This document shows positions 38,687-47,826 of a DNA stretch of 64,000 bases, piece by piece. Below the pieces are notes generated by a model. It saw nothing but the letters and a program-made list of their open reading frames with translations. It was not told the DNA's origin and did not search any database. The DNA is from Acidimicrobiales bacterium (lineage in GTDB: Bacteria; Actinomycetota; Acidimicrobiia; Acidimicrobiales; Acidimicrobilacustridaceae), in contig JBDNHK010000023.1 of assembly GCA_041688815.1 (NCBI GenBank), forward strand, positions 5,069 through 69,068, read 5' to 3'. Each line of letters starts with the position of its first letter. Position 1 is the first letter of the stretch. A program made the translations under genes and the position numbers.

Positions 38687-39046
38687 TCAGGCGGCGCTGG
38701 TGGTCGACGATCCGCCCGAGCCGGTGCCGGGGCTGGAGTCGGCCTTCTTGGCCGTCGACGCGGCAGGCTCCGACTTCGATGACGAGTCGCTCGACGACGC
38801 CGCGGATTCAGAGCTCTTCGTGGAGTCGCCGGACTTCGCCGTGTCGTCGGTCTTGGTGGTCGTCGAGCTGCCCCGTGTGTCGTTCTTGTAGAAACCGCTG
38901 CCCTTGAAGGCGATGCCCACCGACCCGAAGAGCTTCTTCAGCACGCCCCTGCAGCTCGGGCACTCGGTCAGGGGGTCGTCGGTGAAGGCCTGCTGTGCCT
39001 CGAGCTCGTCACCGCAGTCTCTACAGCGGTACTCATAGGTGGGCAT
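38687..39046 (-). CDS. FmdB-family zinc-ribbon protein
   Basis: MPTYEYRCRDCG...CPSC...FKGSGFYKND plus Ser-rich tail. Confidence 0.92.
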   Translation of the reverse strand: MPTYEYRCRDCGDELEAQQAFTDDPLTECPSCRGVLKKLFGSVGIAFKGSGFYKNDTRGSSTTTKTDDTAKSGDSTKSSESAASSSDSSSKSEPAASTAKKADSSPGTGSGGSSTTSAA

Positions 39047-39238
39047 CCGTCGTCCTCCGCGGTTGCTGCCGGTGGGGTGCTTCGCTCGTCGCTGGCACTC
39101 TCTGCGGGCGACTGCCAGCATACCGAAGGCGGATCATGGTCCGCATCTCCCCCGGTCACCGTCCTTCGTGGCCACGACCGTGGCCTCTACGATGCGACCG
39201 AAGACGCCCACGAGTCTCGAGAGGGAGAGGTCCGAGCT

Positions 39239-40126
39239 GTGCCGAGATCGCGTGTCACCAAGGCGGTCATCCCGGCCGCGGGCCTCGGGACCCGCTTCCT
39301 GCCGGCCACGAAGGCCCAGCCGAAGGAGATGCTGCCGATCGTCGACAAGCCGGCGATCCAGTACGTGGTCGAAGAGGCAGTGCGGGCGGGCATCGACGAC
39401 ATCCTCATCATCACCGGCCGGGGTAAGCGCACCCTCGAAGACCATTTCGACCGCAACTTCGAGCTCGAGTACTACCTCGAGCAGAAGGGCAAGACCGATG
39501 ATCTGGCCGACATCCAGGCTCTCGCCGAGATGGCCGACATCCATTACGTGCGCCAGGGTGAGCCACTCGGTCTCGGCCACGCGGTGTCGGTGGCGCGCAA
39601 GCACGTCGGCGACAACCCGTTCGTGGTGATGCTCGGCGACGACATCATGGTCGACGACTCCACCGTGCTCGCCGACATGATCCGCACCTACGAGCAGTAC
39701 GGCCGGTCGGTGGTGGCGTTGTCGGAGTTCCCTCCCAGCGAGATCTCGGCCTACGGCTGTGTGGACCCGGAGATTCTCACCGCCGACCTGGTGCAGCTGC
39801 GCGGCATAGTGGAGAAGCCCGCCCCGGAAGACGCCCCGTCCAACCTCGCGGTCATGGGTCGTTACGTCTTCACTCCGGAGATCTTCGATGCCCTCGAGCA
39901 CGTGCAGCCCGGGGTGGGGGGCGAGATCCAGCTCACCGACGCCATCGCCCTCCTGCTCGACGACCAGACCGTCTACGGCTGGGTCTTCGGTGAGGGCCGC
40001 TACGACATCGGCAAGAAGCTCGACTTCCTACGGGCGACGGTCGAGCTGGCCCTCGACCGGCCCGACCTCGGTCCGGAGTTCCGCCGATTCCTCGTCGACC
40101 TGGTCGACAAGCGCGACCTGCGGTGA
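39239..40126 (+). CDS. galU: UTP-glucose-1-phosphate uridylyltransferase
   Basis: KAVIPAAGLGTRFLPATKAQPKEML, QGEPLGLGHA, VEKP, GGEIQLTDA. Confidence 0.97.
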   Translation: MPRSRVTKAVIPAAGLGTRFLPATKAQPKEMLPIVDKPAIQYVVEEAVRAGIDDILIITGRGKRTLEDHFDRNFELEYYLEQKGKTDDLADIQALAEMADIHYVRQGEPLGLGHAVSVARKHVGDNPFVVMLGDDIMVDDSTVLADMIRTYEQYGRSVVALSEFPPSEISAYGCVDPEILTADLVQLRGIVEKPAPEDAPSNLAVMGRYVFTPEIFDALEHVQPGVGGEIQLTDAIALLLDDQTVYGWVFGEGRYDIGKKLDFLRATVELALDRPDLGPEFRRFLVDLVDKRDLR

Positions 40127-41379
40127 TCCCTCTCGACGAGGCGCGGGCCTTCGTCCTCTCGGGCAGTGTGTGCGGGCCCACCGTCAGCCTCGCGCTCCCC
40201 GACGCGCTCGGCGCGGTGTTGGCCGAGGCCGTGGTGGCAGGGGAGGCGGTGCCCCCGTTCGCCAACACGGCGATGGACGGGTTCGCAGTGCGAGGGGCGG
40301 ACACCATCGGCGCCGACACCCAGCATCCGGTCGAGCTCCGCGTCGTCGGCACGGTGCGCGCCGGTATGTCGGGCACCGACACCCTGGTCGGGGCGGGTGA
40401 GGCCGCCCGGATCATGACCGGGGCGCCCATGCCCCCCGGAGCCGACGCGGTGGTGATGGTGGAGGCCACCGCGGCCGACGATTCCTCGGGAACGGTCGCC
40501 GTGCGGGCCGAGGTCGCACCGGGGCGCCACGTACGCCCGGTCGGCGACGACATCGAGGTGGGTGACGTCGTCGCGCCCGCAGGGACCGTGCTCACCGCCG
40601 GGCACCTGGGGCTGCTGGCCACCGTGGGCGTCACCGAACTCTCGGTTGTGCGCCGGCCGGTCGTCGGCGTTCTCTCCACCGGGGACGAGCTGGTCGAGGG
40701 CGGCCGGCCGCTGTCGCCCGGACAGATTCGCGACTCCAACCGGCTGGCCCTGCGTTCGCTGCTCGGTGTGAGCGGTTTCGAGGTCGTCGATCTGGGTCTC
40801 GTCGCTGACGACGAGTCGGCGATCGAGGCGGCATTGCGAGACGGCGTGGCCCGATGTGATGCCCTGGTCACCAGCGGTGGGGTGAGCATGGGGGACTTCG
40901 ACTTCGTGAAGGTGGTGCTCGACCGCATCGGCGCCATGCGCTGGATGCAGGTCGCGATCAGGCCGGCCAAACCGCTGGCCTTCGGCACCGTGGCCCGCCC
41001 CGACGGCACCCTGGTGCCCGTCTTCGGCCTGCCCGGGAACCCGGTGTCGTCGCTGGTGAGCTTCGAGCTGTTCTGCCGTCCGGCCCTTCGCCAGATGGCG
41101 GGCCGGACCGGTGTCGACCGATTCCGGCCCGCAGTCTCGGCCGTCGTCGACGAGGCCCTCTCTCGCCAGCCCGACCAGAAGGTGCACTTCGCCCGTGTCC
41201 TGGTCCATCACCGCCACGACGACGGCCGGTACCACGCGCGTTCGGCCGGGCCCCAGGGGTCGCACCAACTGACGGCGATGGCGGGGGCGCAAGGGCTGGC
41301 CGAGCTCCCCGACGGGCCCTCGCTCGACGTGGGGTCGACGGTGACCGTGCACCTGCTCGACTCCGCCCTCGGGTTCTGA
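40123..41379 (+). CDS. moeA: Molybdopterin molybdotransferase
   Basis: AMDGFAV, IMTGA, STGDEL, SGGVSMG, FGLPGNPVS. Confidence 0.96.
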   Translation: MIPLDEARAFVLSGSVCGPTVSLALPDALGAVLAEAVVAGEAVPPFANTAMDGFAVRGADTIGADTQHPVELRVVGTVRAGMSGTDTLVGAGEAARIMTGAPMPPGADAVVMVEATAADDSSGTVAVRAEVAPGRHVRPVGDDIEVGDVVAPAGTVLTAGHLGLLATVGVTELSVVRRPVVGVLSTGDELVEGGRPLSPGQIRDSNRLALRSLLGVSGFEVVDLGLVADDESAIEAALRDGVARCDALVTSGGVSMGDFDFVKVVLDRIGAMRWMQVAIRPAKPLAFGTVARPDGTLVPVFGLPGNPVSSLVSFELFCRPALRQMAGRTGVDRFRPAVSAVVDEALSRQPDQKVHFARVLVHHRHDDGRYHARSAGPQGSHQLTAMAGAQGLAELPDGPSLDVGSTVTVHLLDSALGF

Positions 41380-41431
41380 GCAGGCGGACGGCGGGGCCGA
41401 CCGCCAGGCCAACCAGTACGCTCGGGTTCCT

Positions 41432-42451
41432 ATGGCGCCGTCGATCCCGGATCGCTCCACCCCTGACTCGCTGGTCGACGACTTCGGACGCGTCCACCGA
41501 GACCTGCGCATCTCCGTCACCGACCGGTGCAACTTCCGGTGCACGTACTGCATGCCGGCCGAGGGCATGCCCTGGTTGCCTCGCGATGAACTGCTCACCT
41601 ACGAAGAGCTGACGCGGGTCGCTCGGGTCTGCGTCGAGCGTTTCGGCTTCGACGGCATCCGTCTCACCGGGGGTGAGCCCACCGTACGCGCCCACCTGCC
41701 CGTCCTCGTCGAGAAGTTGGCGGCCCTCGATGTCGACCTGGCCATCACCACCAACGGGGCCACCCTCCGTCTGGTGGCCCACGACCTTGCCGAAGCCGGG
41801 CTCCGGCGCATCAACGTTTCCTGCGACTCCCTGCGCCCCGAGCGGTTCGCCGAGATCACCAAGCGCGACGAGCTCGCCCGCGTGCTCGACGGCGTCGATG
41901 CGGCCATCGAGGCGGGGCTGGCGCCGGTGAAGATGAATGTCGTCGTCATGCGGGGCGTCAACGACGACGAGATCGTCGACTTCGCGATCTACGGCCGTGA
42001 GCGCGGGGTGGTGGTGCGCTTCATCGAGTTCATGCCCCTCGACGCCCAGGGGGCGTGGACGAACGACCAGGTGGTGAGCCAAGCCGAGATCGTCGCCACG
42101 ATCGACGCCGTCTTCCCGCTCGAAGGGGTGGGCCCGACCGAGCGTGGTTCGGCCCCGGCGGACCGGTGGCGCTATCGCGATGGTGGCGGCGAGGTCGGGG
42201 TGATCCCGAGCGTCACCCAGGCCTTCTGTGAGTCCTGCGACCGGGTTCGCCTCACCGCCGAGGGGATGCTGCGCCACTGCTTGTTCGCCACCCGCGAGCT
42301 CGACCTCCGGTCGCCATTGCGGGCCGGCGCCTCCGACGACGACCTGGCCGACGCCATCAGGGCCGAGGTGGGGGCCAAGTGGGCCGGCCACCAGATCAAC
42401 CAGGTCCACTTCATCCGACCCTCCCGGTCGATGAGCCAGATCGGCGGCTGA
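41432..42451 (+). CDS. moaA: GTP 3',8-cyclase
   Basis: CNFRCTYC, TGGEP, RFIEFMP, Cx2Cx13C, terminal IGG. Confidence 0.97.
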   Translation: MAPSIPDRSTPDSLVDDFGRVHRDLRISVTDRCNFRCTYCMPAEGMPWLPRDELLTYEELTRVARVCVERFGFDGIRLTGGEPTVRAHLPVLVEKLAALDVDLAITTNGATLRLVAHDLAEAGLRRINVSCDSLRPERFAEITKRDELARVLDGVDAAIEAGLAPVKMNVVVMRGVNDDEIVDFAIYGRERGVVVRFIEFMPLDAQGAWTNDQVVSQAEIVATIDAVFPLEGVGPTERGSAPADRWRYRDGGGEVGVIPSVTQAFCESCDRVRLTAEGMLRHCLFATRELDLRSPLRAGASDDDLADAIRAEVGAKWAGHQINQVHFIRPSRSMSQIGG

Positions 42452-42516
42452 CCGCCGCGCCCGATCCACCGACGACTCATCTTCGGGAGCGCCGGGGCCG
42501 CCTACACTCGGCGCTC

Positions 42517-43092
42517 ATGTCCGATCGTGGTCTCACCCATCTCGACCCCCTGGGTCGAGCCCGGATGGTCGATGTCACTCCCAAGGAGGTCACCCACCGT
42601 CGGGCGATCGCTCGGGGAAAGGTCTTCATGCAGCCCGACACCACGTCGCTCATCGCCCGTGGGTCGGTCACGAAGGGCGACGTGCTGGCCGTGGCCCGCG
42701 TGGCCGGCATCCAGGCGGCCAAGAAGGCGCCCGACCTCATTCCCCTCTGCCACCCGTTGCTGGTCGGTTCGGTCTTCATCAACTTCCGTATCGAGGACCG
42801 CTACATCGAGGTCGAGGCCCAGGTCGAGACCGTCGACCGCACCGGTGTCGAGATGGAGGCCCTCACGGCCTGCACCGTGGCCGCATTGACCATCTACGAC
42901 ATGTGCAAGTCGGCCGATCGATCGATGGTGATCGGTGACGTCACGTTGTGGGAGAAGACCGGCGGACGTTCGGGGACCTACCGGCGCGACCCTCTCGCCG
43001 GCATCGACGGGGGTGGCCTCGAGGGCCTCGGTGGGCTCTCGGGCACCGATGACGACCTCGGGCTGGGCCTCGACCTCGACGACGAGCGGTGA
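42517..43092 (+). CDS. moaC: Cyclic pyranopterin monophosphate synthase
   Basis: LTH..GRARMVDV, LIPLCHP, TGVEMEAL, IYDMCK, EKTGGRSG; acidic tail. Confidence 0.96.
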   Translation: MSDRGLTHLDPLGRARMVDVTPKEVTHRRAIARGKVFMQPDTTSLIARGSVTKGDVLAVARVAGIQAAKKAPDLIPLCHPLLVGSVFINFRIEDRYIEVEAQVETVDRTGVEMEALTACTVAALTIYDMCKSADRSMVIGDVTLWEKTGGRSGTYRRDPLAGIDGGGLEGLGGLSGTDDDLGLGLDLDDER

Positions 43093-43282
43093 GACACCGA
43101 AACCCCCTGTGGCGACGGTCACGGCGAGGTGAACGTCGGTTGTCCGCAGTGGAACCGGCTCGGGCTTCGTAGTAGAACCGTAACGTTCCGACTCGAACCG
43201 ACCGCGGGCGTCGACCGGGCATCCACCGCCTGGATTCCGGTCACCGCTACGGTCCCGATCACCGAAAGCGAAGGCCCGGAGC

Positions 43283-43792
43283 GTGACATTCGTGGTTTTG
43301 GTCATCCTCGCGCTGGTGTGGGCGTTGTATCTGGTGTCGTGGCTGCGTTCGCGCCAAGAGACCAGGAGCGTCAACTCGATCTCGTCGTTCAGCCGGCATC
43401 TCTCCGTGCTCGAGCGCACCGCCCCGGGAGCGCGGCAAGGCGCTGACTTCGGTGCCGCCCGGGCGCGGGCGGGCCTGGCGCCGGTCGGCGTGGTCCGGCG
43501 GCCCACGCTGTCGCCGGCCAGGAAGCGTCGCAAGGACGTCCTCACCGGCCTGCTGGCGGCTTCAGCCACCACGGCCGTGGCTGCCCTCCTCGTCGGCGGG
43601 ATGTTCCGGTTGCTGTTCGTGCTGGTGCTGGCCCTCACCGTCGGCTACGTGGCCCTGCTGGCCCAGGCCCAGAAGCGGGCCTTGGAACAGCAGAGCAAAG
43701 TACGCCATCTCGGTCGAGGCGACGAGTGGGAGACCGACGGAACCTACGGCGGGACCGCCGCCCAGCTGCGTTACGCAAGCGTCCAGCGCTGA
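43283..43792 (+). CDS. GlpR/SepX-like membrane (divisome) protein
   Basis: N-terminal TM, basic linker, RKRR then two TM helices; position after glp/moaC and before tRNA-Ala fits actinobacterial synteny. Confidence 0.6.
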   Translation: MTFVVLVILALVWALYLVSWLRSRQETRSVNSISSFSRHLSVLERTAPGARQGADFGAARARAGLAPVGVVRRPTLSPARKRRKDVLTGLLAASATTAVAALLVGGMFRLLFVLVLALTVGYVALLAQAQKRALEQQSKVRHLGRGDEWETDGTYGGTAAQLRYASVQR

Positions 43793-43896
43793 CCCGCACA
43801 CTCGAGTCGATCGGGTACGGCCTCGACCTCAGCTCGGACCGGAGGTGGTTTCCATCGTCGAACCCGGCGGGGATCGACGAGCCACCCCGGACGCGA

Positions 43897-43928
43897 CGAT
43901 GGCGCCCCCGGGGTGGTGGGCGCCATCG
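43897..43928. terminator. Hairpin between convergent genes
   Basis: CGATGGCGCCC ... GGGCGCCATCG, 11-bp perfect stem, no U-tract. Confidence 0.55.
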
Positions 43929-43968
43929 ACGTCAGGGGGATCTCGTCGCAATTGCGTCAGCAGCAGGT

Positions 43969-44448
43969 CTATCTCTCCTGCATGAACTCGTGCACCACCC
44001 ACAGGCGCCCGTCACCGCCCTGAACGACGCCGGTGCCCACCTTGTTGTAGGCCCCGAGGATGTTGGCGCGGTGGGGCGTCGAGTTCATGAACGCGATGTG
44101 GGCCTGTTCCAGGGACCAGGCGAAGCCGACGTTCTCGCCCAGGCGGGACCACGTCGTGGACCAGTTGCCGTCGGTCAGGTTCGAGTGTGACAGGAAGTTT
44201 TGGCGGTTGAGCTGGTCGGCCCAGGCCTGGGCCTTGAAGTGCAGCATCGAGTTGAACTCGAGCGGGGCCAGCCCCCGCTGGGCTCGGGACCCGTTGATGA
44301 GGTCGGCAGTGCGGTACGCCTCAGGGGTGCAGGCCCCGAGCAGGAGGCCGAGCAGGAGCGCCAAGGCGGCCACGCCGCCGATCCGGCGGGTGCGCCGCCG
44401 GGAAGGCCGGGTCGAGGACGGAGCTGTGACGAGCGTCGGAGGAGCCAT
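43969..44448 (-). CDS. CAP/SCP-domain lipoprotein
   Basis: Lipobox LLGAC, IN..R...GL.PL, HS, GENV, MNSTPHRANIL. Confidence 0.88.
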   Translation of the reverse strand: MAPPTLVTAPSSTRPSRRRTRRIGGVAALALLLGLLLGACTPEAYRTADLINGSRAQRGLAPLEFNSMLHFKAQAWADQLNRQNFLSHSNLTDGNWSTTWSRLGENVGFAWSLEQAHIAFMNSTPHRANILGAYNKVGTGVVQGGDGRLWVVHEFMQER

Positions 44449-44624
44449 GGTCCAGTTGTCGACCCCACCGCCGCTCACCTTTAGCGTTTGGGCCACTGCG
44501 GAGGGTGCGGCGCAGGGAAACGGTCACCCCGGCGACGCTCTTCGGGATCACACTTGCGGTCGCTCTGGCCTCTGATCGTGGATTCCCGGCGGGCTGGGCC
44601 CGCGGGTAACGTGAAGCCCCCTGC

Positions 44625-44698
44625 GGGGGTGTAGCTCAGTTGGCTAGAGCGCTACGTTCGCAACGTAGAGGTCGGGAGTTCGATTCTCCTCACCTCCA
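44625..44698 (+). tRNA. tRNA-Ala(CGC)
   Basis: Acceptor GGGGGTG/CACCTCC with G3:U70, D arm, anticodon stem CTACG-TTCGCAA-CGTAG, T loop TTCGATT, discriminator A; CCA not fully encoded. Confidence 0.97.
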
Positions 44699-47293
44699 CC
44701 GCTGATGGTCTGATCGATGCGAAGGCCCGACCACCGAACCGGACCTCGCATCGATCAGGGTCGAGCAGGTCCAGGCTCGGAGGGCCTCGAGGAGGCGGAT
44801 GCGCGAGACGCGGCGGGCCGGCGCCACTGACGCCAGGAAGCCGACGGCCACGCCGATGGCCAGGATCGTCGCCAGGGTGGCGGGGCGGAGGCTGAACCCC
44901 GCATCGAGGGTCCTGGTCATGGTGAAGGCGAGAAACACACCGGCCACCAGACCGGTCAGGGTGCTGACCATCGAGATCAGGACGGCCTCGAGACGAACCA
45001 TGCGCCGGACGTCGCGGGGGAGCATGCCGACGGCGCGCAGCATGCCGATCTCGCTCCGCTGCTCGAAGATCGAGAGACTCAGGGTGTTCACGATGCCGAT
45101 CAGGGCGATGATCACGCTCATGCTGAGCAGAGCGATGACGGCGTTGATGAGAAAGTTGAAGAGCGATTCGAGGGCTTCACCGAAGGCGTTCCCCCGGGTG
45201 ACGATGATGTTGGCGTAGTCGGCCGTCAGCGTGTCGAGGGCGTCACCGACCTGGCTGGTGTCGGTGGCGTCCGAGGTCACGAAGACGGTGCTGGGCGCGA
45301 CGGTACCGAACAGCTTCTCGAAGGTGGCAGGGCTGACCAACGCCTGGATGGTGAGGGTGGTGATGGAGAACTCGAGTTCGGCCGAGACAGGGAGCGTGGT
45401 GGCCGTCGCGCCGACCGACATGACGACGACCGTGCGCGTCGCGGGCGAGGACGGGGTGGCGGTGCTGGTGGGGCCCGGGCCGGGAGCGGCACTCGCGAAG
45501 GGCGACAACGCGATTCCCCCTGCGGTGAGCGAGTCGAGCGAGCCCGAGGTGGTGTCGAGGCCGGTGGCTTTCTCCAGCGCCGTGGGGTCGGCTCCCGAGA
45601 TCGTCGTCTCGGTCCCATCGATGGTCGCGAGCGCCGAGGTGATGGGGACGACGCCGGTGACGCCGTCGATCCCCGACATCTTGCTGATCAGGTCGGCATC
45701 GACCCTGCCCTCGGTGGCCGACACGGTGATGGCGTCCGACGTCAGTTCGTTCACCTGCTCGACGGTCCAGTCGCGCAGGGTGCCTCCCGCCGTGGACACG
45801 AACGTGACGAGCAGGACACCGATGACGAGGGCGTTGGCGGTGGCCGCGGTCCGGCGGGGATTACGGATCAGGTTGTCGCTGGCCAACCGGCCGGCCAGGC
45901 CCACCGATCGAGTGAGGGCGCGGGCCAGGTGGGCGAAACCCGCGGCCAGGATGGGTCCGCCGATCAGCACCCCCATCACGAACACGAACGCGCCGAAACC
46001 GAGCAGGAGACCCTGAGCGGCGCTGGACCCGACGAGGAGGAGGGTGGCTCCGCCACCGAGGAGAGCGACGGAGACCACCGTGCGCACTGTCGTGGATCGG
46101 ACGGGGCGAGCCGAACCTGACCGCAAGGCCTCGACGGGAGGCGTGCGGGCCGCCCGCCAGGCCGGCGCCAGCACCGAGGCGATGGTGATCAGGGTGCCGC
46201 CGAGCAGACACGCGACGACCGTGCCGGCGGTGACGGTGACACCGATGCCGGTGAGGGAGATGCCGAACCGCGAGAGGATCGGGGGCAGGGCCAGAGTGAG
46301 GACGATGCCCACCGCCACCCCGAGCACGCTGCCCAGGAGCCCGATCACCAGCCCCTCGGTTCGGACCGAGTGGTTCACCTGCTTCGGGGTCGCGGCGATG
46401 GCCCGGAGCAGGCCCAACTCGCGGGTGCGTTGGGCGACCACCACGGAGAACGTGTTGTAGATCACGAAGGCGCACACGAAAAGTGCCAGGAGCGAGAAGG
46501 CGACGAGCACTGGCCGGAGCAGGTCGGCGATGGCGTTGGCCTGGCCCTGCCCCTCGTCGAGGAAGACGGCCCGACTCAGGACCTCGTACCCGGCCGGTGT
46601 CACCTTCTCAACCGAGGCCACCAGTTCGGTCTGCCCCTCGCCTGTCGTGGCGCCCCGTACGGGCACGCGCGTGTAGCTGGGGGTCCCGTCGCCGAGCAGC
46701 GCGAAGGCCCAGGAGGAGGCCACGGAGATCGTGCCGTCCCGGCCAAAGGTGGCGTTGTCGCCGAACTCGGTGATGCCCACGACGGTTGCGCTCTGCTTCC
46801 CGGTGATGGTGACCAGGTCGACGGTGGCGCCCACAGTGGCCTCGACACGATCGGCCGTGGCCTGGTCGAGGGCCAGCTCGGCCTGGGCGCTCGGCGCCCG
46901 GCCGTTCACGATGCGGAGGGGGTTCAGCGCCGCGTCGGTACTCCACAGCGAACCGATGGTCCCTGACGAGACGGGTTTGGCCGTCTTCGGGTCGATCACC
47001 GACAGGCTCCCGTCGAGCTCGCCGGCGGCACCATCCACTCCGGGTGCCGAGGTGATCGTCTCGAGCAGCGAGTCGGGGATCAGCGGCTCGATGGTCGAGG
47101 CGGTGGGGTCGGGCTGCACGGTTGCGGCTACGTCTGCGTACTGGGTCGCCGCATCACCCTGGAGCGACGACCGGATGGAGTCGGTGACGATGAGACCGGC
47201 GGCGAGAAAGCCGACCCCGGTCACGATGGCGACCAGGGTCGCCGTGTAGCGGGCCTTGTTGGCGCGGAGGCCCCTCAGGGCGATGGTGAGTAC
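44690..47293 (-). CDS. FtsX/MacB-like ABC permease; start and stop look damaged
   Basis: Two FtsX domains (QRTRELGLLRA, EQRSEIGMLRA); typical N-terminus VLTIALRGLRANK begins at GTA 47293; C-terminus reads through into the tRNA. Confidence 0.8.
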   Translation of the reverse strand, partial: VLTIALRGLRANKARYTATLVAIVTGVGFLAAGLIVTDSIRSSLQGDAATQYADVAATVQPDPTASTIEPLIPDSLLETITSAPGVDGAAGELDGSLSVIDPKTAKPVSSGTIGSLWSTDAALNPLRIVNGRAPSAQAELALDQATADRVEATVGATVDLVTITGKQSATVVGITEFGDNATFGRDGTISVASSWAFALLGDGTPSYTRVPVRGATTGEGQTELVASVEKVTPAGYEVLSRAVFLDEGQGQANAIADLLRPVLVAFSLLALFVCAFVIYNTFSVVVAQRTRELGLLRAIAATPKQVNHSVRTEGLVIGLLGSVLGVAVGIVLTLALPPILSRFGISLTGIGVTVTAGTVVACLLGGTLITIASVLAPAWRAARTPPVEALRSGSARPVRSTTVRTVVSVALLGGGATLLLVGSSAAQGLLLGFGAFVFVMGVLIGGPILAAGFAHLARALTRSVGLAGRLASDNLIRNPRRTAATANALVIGVLLVTFVSTAGGTLRDWTVEQVNELTSDAITVSATEGRVDADLISKMSGIDGVTGVVPITSALATIDGTETTISGADPTALEKATGLDTTSGSLDSLTAGGIALSPFASAAPGPGPTSTATPSSPATRTVVVMSVGATATTLPVSAELEFSITTLTIQALVSPATFEKLFGTVAPSTVFVTSDATDTSQVGDALDTLTADYANIIVTRGNAFGEALESLFNFLINAVIALLSMSVIIALIGIVNTLSLSIFEQRSEIGMLRAVGMLPRDVRRMVRLEAVLISMVSTLTGLVAGVFLAFTMTRTLDAGFSLRPATLATILAIGVAVGFLASVAPARRVSRIRLLEALRAWTCSTLIDARSGSVVGPSHRSDHQRWR
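44710..44758. terminator. Long hairpin between tRNA and convergent permease
   Basis: CTGATCGATGCGA ... TCGCATCGATCAG, 13-bp perfect stem with further pairing inside. Confidence 0.65.
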
Positions 47294-47296
47294 GGT

Positions 47297-47801
47297 TCAG
47301 CCCCGGAACTGCTTCATGCGGTCGAGCAACCGATCGTGGGTGGGCTCGGCCATCTCGTCGACGATGCGTCCGTCAGCGAGAAACAGGATCCGATCGGCGA
47401 ACGCCGCCGCCCGCGGATCGTGGGTGACCATCACCACCGACTGGCCGAGATCGTCGACGGCCTCGCGCATGAACTGGAGGATCTCGCCGCCGGTGTGGGA
47501 GTCGAGGTTGCCGGTGGGCTCGTCGGCGAACACGATCTCGGGTCTGCTCACCAGAGCCCGGGCCACGGCCACCCGTTGCTGTTGCCCTCCGGAGAGCTCC
47601 CGACGGCAGGTGGCCCACGCGGTCGCCGAGCCCGACGGTGTCGACGATGGTGGTCAGGTAGTCACGGTCGACCGGGCGCTTGGCGAGGGCGCGGATCTCG
47701 CTGGCGCCCGAGCCGTAGATCTTCGTGGCCGCCAGCGTTCGCGCTGCCGCGATGACGGGTGGGGGCGGGAGTTCGTCGAGCCTGGGATCGGTGGTCGTCA
47801 T
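47297..47801 (-). pseudogene. LolD/MacB-like ABC ATPase lacking Walker A, with +1 frameshift
   Basis: TKIYGSG..IRAL joined directly to AKRPVDRDYL; extra G near 47600 before LSGGQQQRVAVARAL; FADEPTGNLD, VTHD intact. Confidence 0.85.
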
Positions 47802-47826
47802 CCGGTGCGCCGCCAGCCCGCCGTGC

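Noticed and set aside
44625-47801. Genomic island integrated at tRNA-Ala
   Set aside because: No integrase, no repeat of the tRNA 3' end noticed by eye, and no obvious composition shift.
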